A stretch of 63,565 bases of DNA, counting the filler, from Guillardia theta CCMP2712 (Eukaryota > Protista > Cryptophyta): the NCBI RefSeq assembly GCF_000315625.1. It is 5 parts of 5 records of this genome, joined end to end, with 100 filler letters (N's around TTAATTAATTAA, not from the genome) between each part and the next. Parts side by side here need not be neighbours in the genome. Positions count along the whole stretch, not along the records: positions 59,325 to 63,565 come from NW_005434155.1; 4 more parts are not named here. One strand, 5' to 3'. Below are positions 59,330-63,565 of this stretch, piece after piece; position 1 is the stretch's first letter; every line of letters begins with the position of its first letter. The position numbers and the translations under genes are program-made. Below the pieces are notes generated by a model. That model was not told where the DNA came from and did no database searches. It worked only from the letters and a program-made list of their open reading frames with translations.

Positions 59330-61213
59330 TTATGCTTTCTGATTGCTCACTCCTCTCGCCTCGTTCTTGCATCGTTCGATCACCCCACTCCTCTCTCTCT
59401 CTCTCTCCTCTCGTTCCTCTCGCATCATCGACGAGACATCGGCGAACGACCTGGCGACGCACGAGCTCGATTCCTGCAGCATCATCTCGAGCTCTCGCAG
59501 CTCCTCCGTCTTCTCCTGCAGCTCTTTGTGCGCCAGCTCCGCCTTTGCCTTCAGCTGGAGGAAGGCTGGGCTCTCGCTGGGAGGGAACGCGTCCTTGAGG
59601 TGCACCTGCGGGGCTGTTCCTGGTCGCTGGACGTCGAGGAGCCGCTGAGGAGCCGCAAAGTCTCTCATCTGCTGCTCCACCAGCTGGAGGGAAGCTCGGA
59701 GGGACTGTCGCATCTCGCGCGTCTCGTTCAGACGCCTCACATGCTCAGTCACCTGCTGCAGCTGCTGATGCGCCTGCTCAAGTTGCTGCAGCGCATGGTC
59801 CCTGTCGGCGATCAGCTTGAAGTTCTGCTCCCCGAGCTTGCGCGCGCTCCTCTCTGCTCGCGACAACCTGGTCTGCAGCTGCTCGTTAGCCACCTCCAGC
59901 TCAGCGACCCTTGCTCTCAGCGCCTCCTCCTCCTCGGTATCGACTAGTCTTCCTCCTCCTCCCATCAAGTCTTCCACATGTCGAGTCGTCTCGTCCACCA
60001 GAGGTTCAGCTTCCGCGCGGTTGATGATGGGGACGTTCTTGATGTTTCGAGCTCTGTTGGCGTACTTGAGGGTGTTGAGCGTCTCCTCGAAGCTCGAGTC
60101 TGCCGGGCTGATGCATGCGATCATCACCGTCCTGCTGTTGCCCCCCAGGCTGTCCTGCAGCATGCGAGTAAGTTTGCTCTCCCTGTACGGCACGTGCGTC
60201 GCTCGCTTCTTCTCATCGCCCAGCGCGCTGATGACGTTGCCGAGGGCAAGGAGCCCGGAGTTGATGTTCACCGACTCCTTCAGTCTCACCCCCACGTTCC
60301 CCGTCCGCTTCGCTCGCTCCGAGCCGGCCAGGTCCACCAGGTGAAACTTGGCTGTGATGAGCTCCCTACTCTTCCCTCCTCTCTTTGGCACCTGCTGATC
60401 GATGGTGATGGTGAAGATGCTATGAGAGCGTGACGACTGGTTGTTCATCATCGTCCCAGCGACTGTCCGGCACAAGCTTCCCTCGTCCAACGCCCTCTGC
60501 ATCTCCTCCAAACTGTTCACCTGTACCTCCTTCACCCCAGTGAGGACGATCTTCCCGTCTCCTCGCTCTCTGATCGCGATGCTCTTGGACGACGTCGACG
60601 GATGCAGCAGGTCCTTCATCTCCTCGTTGTAGATCTCGATGTACGACACCCGAACCTCCAGCTCTCGTCCGGACAAGAACCTGTCCTCCTCTATCCTCTG
60701 GAACATGTCAGCCATTACCCGCGGTATGATCCCCATCTCCTCCTCAAGCCTGCACGAGTTGTTCCCGCTCCCCATCGTGTAAGTTTTCCCTGCTCCTGTC
60801 TGCCCGTACGCCAGAACCGTCGCGTTGTATCCCTGGAAGCATCCGTCCACCAGGGGCTTCACCCATTCGCTGTAGATGCTCTCTTGCGAGGAGGAAGGAG
60901 GATAAACAGCATCAAACGTGAAGACTCGATCCTTCCCGAGGACAAGAGAGGCTCCCCCACTGAATGCGACGCAAGAGCGGCACGACAGGACTGTTTCTAC
61001 ACCTAGCAGGGGCCTTGCGCGCGCTACAACACGTACCGGAAGAGCCTCCTCCTCCTCCTCCTCCTCCTCCTCCTCGCCCATGAGAGTGTCTGATGCCGAT
61101 GAAGCAATCCTGATGGCTCCTCCTCCTCCTCCTCCTCCTCCTCCTCCTCCTCCTCCCGCGTCCCCGATGTTCAGCTCCTCCTCGCCTTCCCCTTCGCTCA
61201 CTTCTCCCGCCAT
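59330..61213 (-). CDS. Kinesin-4 family motor (KIF7/KIF27/KIF4-like); N-terminal motor plus coiled coil, 3' end probably lost in the gap
   Basis: P-loop GQTGAGKT, switch I NNQSSRSH, switch II DLAGSER, INSGLLALGNVISALGD, HVPYRESKLTRMLQDSLGGNS. Confidence 0.93.
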   Translation of the reverse strand: MAGEVSEGEGEEELNIGDAGGGGGGGGGGGGGAIRIASSASDTLMGEEEEEEEEEEALPVRVVARARPLLGVETVLSCRSCVAFSGGASLVLGKDRVFTFDAVYPPSSSQESIYSEWVKPLVDGCFQGYNATVLAYGQTGAGKTYTMGSGNNSCRLEEEMGIIPRVMADMFQRIEEDRFLSGRELEVRVSYIEIYNEEMKDLLHPSTSSKSIAIRERGDGKIVLTGVKEVQVNSLEEMQRALDEGSLCRTVAGTMMNNQSSRSHSIFTITIDQQVPKRGGKSRELITAKFHLVDLAGSERAKRTGNVGVRLKESVNINSGLLALGNVISALGDEKKRATHVPYRESKLTRMLQDSLGGNSRTVMIACISPADSSFEETLNTLKYANRARNIKNVPIINRAEAEPLVDETTRHVEDLMGGGGRLVDTEEEEALRARVAELEVANEQLQTRLSRAERSARKLGEQNFKLIADRDHALQQLEQAHQQLQQVTEHVRRLNETREMRQSLRASLQLVEQQMRDFAAPQRLLDVQRPGTAPQVHLKDAFPPSESPAFLQLKAKAELAHKELQEKTEELRELEMMLQESSSCVARSFADVSSMMREEREERERERSGVIERCKNEARGVSNQKA

Positions 61214-62090
61214 TCCTGAATTCTTACTCAAATATTCAGTTGGTTCGAAGAGTCTACAATCGAGTCCGCCTCACTGGCTTTATTAGTCCGACAAGAGAGA
61301 CAGAGTTCGGACTGCGCAATGGCTATTGAATGACTATCGGACCTTTACTCAAAGTTAAGTTAAAAATCAGTACGAGGACAATCAGGAGAGTAGAAGGACA
61401 GTAACTTGAAGACATTCCAAGTTCCTACAAGTTCCTTGTGACAGTGAAACTTCCGTTTCTTTTCATCATAGTATCCCCTTGCACCCGGCACTGAAATGAT
61501 CATGGCATAATACGTGACGCTACCGTAGTACTATCATGACGGTTTCCGGGGCCAGACCGCCCTGGACCGCCCCCGGCCCGGCAACGGTGACTCCGCCCCG
61601 GGTACCGAAGGGCCGGGCCGCCCGGCCGCGCCCGCCCGGCGCCTGGGCGGACTCGGACCGCCGGCACTGCGGCAGGCCCGACCCGGCCCACCGTCACCGG
61701 GGACTTTCAAGTACTCAAAGTGGGCATACTTCAGTGGGGCCCTCGTCCCTCCTCATACCTGGGGGCCATGGCCGCACAGATTGCCGCAGGCAGGGCCGTC
61801 ATGGCCTGCGCGATGGCCGCAGAACTTATGTTGGCAATGGAGTCCAGCCGTCCGGCAGCAATGCAATCCTGATCCTTCTCAGCCCCATCTCCCGCTCCAT
61901 GTCATCCCCCCTGTCCTCCTCCCTCTCCTCCCCCCTCTCCTCCTCCCTCTTCTCCCCCCTTTCGTGCTTTTGTTTCTTCTCGCCTCCTCCTCGTCTCTTA
62001 CTCGACTCATCATATCGCCCTCTCTCTCATCGCCTCTCCCTTGCACACAAAAAGTCAAGAAGTCCAGGCTCTCTGAGCAGCTCGCTTCGA

Positions 62091-63189
62091 ATGGGACAAG
62101 CAGAATGGCGGGAAACTTTCGATCCCTACGGACAGGGAAGACTGGGGTGCATGCCTTTCCCTATCGAAGACATGATCCTCCCTGGAGAAACTAAGAAACT
62201 CCATCTCTACGAGGCTCGGTTTCTCGCGCTCTTTGAAGAAGCTCTCAAGCTCCATGGGGGGTGTGTTGGTTCTTTGCTGTTCCTGGAGACAGGAGAGCTG
62301 GCTCAGGTTTCTCCTCTGCTGCAGATCGAGGAGTGGAGGAGGCTGGACGTGGGGGTGTTCGTTGTTGTTAAGAGCGTTGGTCGCGTCCGGATAGAGGCGA
62401 TCACGGGCATGGAGCCCTACATCTCCGTCATCGCCAAGGACTACCATGACCAGCGCATCGTGCCGGCCCATTCTGACGAGCAGGCAAACAACAACGCGAT
62501 CGTGGAGGACATCTTGAAACTGCACAGCGACTGTGTGAGTACCTGTGAAATTTCCCTGACGCGCCTGCTAAGGTCTTGCTGGCAGATGTACCTCGCTGGG
62601 AAGCTGACACAAACGTCTCCTTTGCCGGAGGACAGCTCGATGCCGTTGTGGGGGCACCAGAGGAGCGTGAACGAGAATTTCTTCCTGGTCGACCTGAAGC
62701 TGCAGGTGGAGATGGGGCTGAGGCAGATCAAAGAGAACCAGGTGACGGAGGACGATGCGACTGGTTGCGCGAGTGACTCTGATGTTCGTCAGACCGGGAC
62801 AGAGATGTTCTGGAACTGTTCCAACGCAGAGGTGAGAGCTTGAGGGCTCATGCGTGAAGCCTTTGTTTGACTGGAAATCTTCCTGGCAGGAGGAGGAAAA
62901 TCAACTCATTTCCTTCAGTGCTGTATGACTTGCCTTGTGCTCCTTGCTGCTCGCTGATCCCTGCCATACAAGATGTCAAGCTCCCCACCAGAGGTTCGGC
63001 TGTGGGCATTAGAACAGTACTATCCTCCCCTCCCTCTTGCCTCTCCCTCACCCGCTCTACAGGACCAACACAAACCTGCGGCTCAAGGGAGCGCGAGGAG
63101 CGTTAGAGGAGCAGAAGAAGCTGCTCGCTGCGAAAGCCGCGCTTTGTAGCCTTTCGAGAGGAGAAGACTCGACGGGCAAGGAGTCGTAG
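62091..63189 (+). CDS. Lon protease N-terminal (substrate-binding, PUA-like) domain protein; the true start and leader lie upstream and are uncertain
   Basis: MPFPIEDMILPGETKKLHLYEARFLALFEEAL...VKSVGRVRIEAITGMEPY; last exon ...ALEEQKKLLAAKAAL...*. Confidence 0.8.
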
Positions 63190-63565
63190 CAGGTCTCGGA
63201 TGCTGGAGGGTTGACGGGTGAGAAGGAACTTCGGGAGGCAGGAGGCGTGCATGTAAACTAAAATCAAATGATACAAACAAGCCATTCTCGCTTAGAGCGC
63301 CGCAGCCGCTGCAGTTGCACAGCCACGGCCGGGCCCTCACTTGCTAAAGCACCCGGGGCCTGGAGCAACTGCCGAGCTCGGGCTGAGCAACTCAGTGAGG
63401 GACTCGCTGGCCGAGTAACTGATGAGTGCCAGCGGCCGGGGCCGCCGGGCCGCCCGGCCGGAGCAAGCGAGCCCGGCGGGAAAGAGGGGGATGAGTGCCT
63501 CAATAAACCTCCTGATCCCCTTGCTTCCCTCCCTCCCCCCTTCCTCCTCCTCCTCCTCCTCCTCC

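Overview
Fragmented eukaryotic nuclear assembly, most likely a cryptophyte alga (inference from an ASAFAP plastid leader, an LRLRGG motif, short GT-AG introns and microsatellite-filled introns). Four identical 100-nt linkers (N44-TTAATTAATTAA-N44) split the window into five separate pieces: 1-5074, 5175-21509, 21610-47642, 47743-59224 and 59325-end. Four pieces carry ordinary intron-rich host genes: TOP1, ATG13-like, a VPS8-like C-terminus, a CEP164-like WW/coiled-coil gene, a p25-alpha/LRR gene, a G-patch gene, kinesin-4, a Lon-N domain gene, a bHLH-PAS-like gene, a plastid-targeted membrane protein and an inverted pair of 87-aa genes. The 5175-21509 piece is completely different. It is a 14.7-kb intronless, microsatellite-free reading frame (about 4,900 codons of Cys-rich ephrin-receptor-like repeats plus CUB-like, LamG-like, F-type lectin and EGF-Ca modules) with no native start or stop. 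It is capped at both ends by inward-facing tandem arrays of a near-identical, palindrome-dense 332-bp unit. Both arrays join the cargo at the same register of the unit (AGATCCA), their outer ends are ragged, and the unit places an in-frame splice-acceptor-like site at the 5' end of the frame and an in-frame donor-like site at its 3' end. This repeat-capped cassette is the best candidate for an undescribed system. Its mechanism cannot be determined from the sequence alone.
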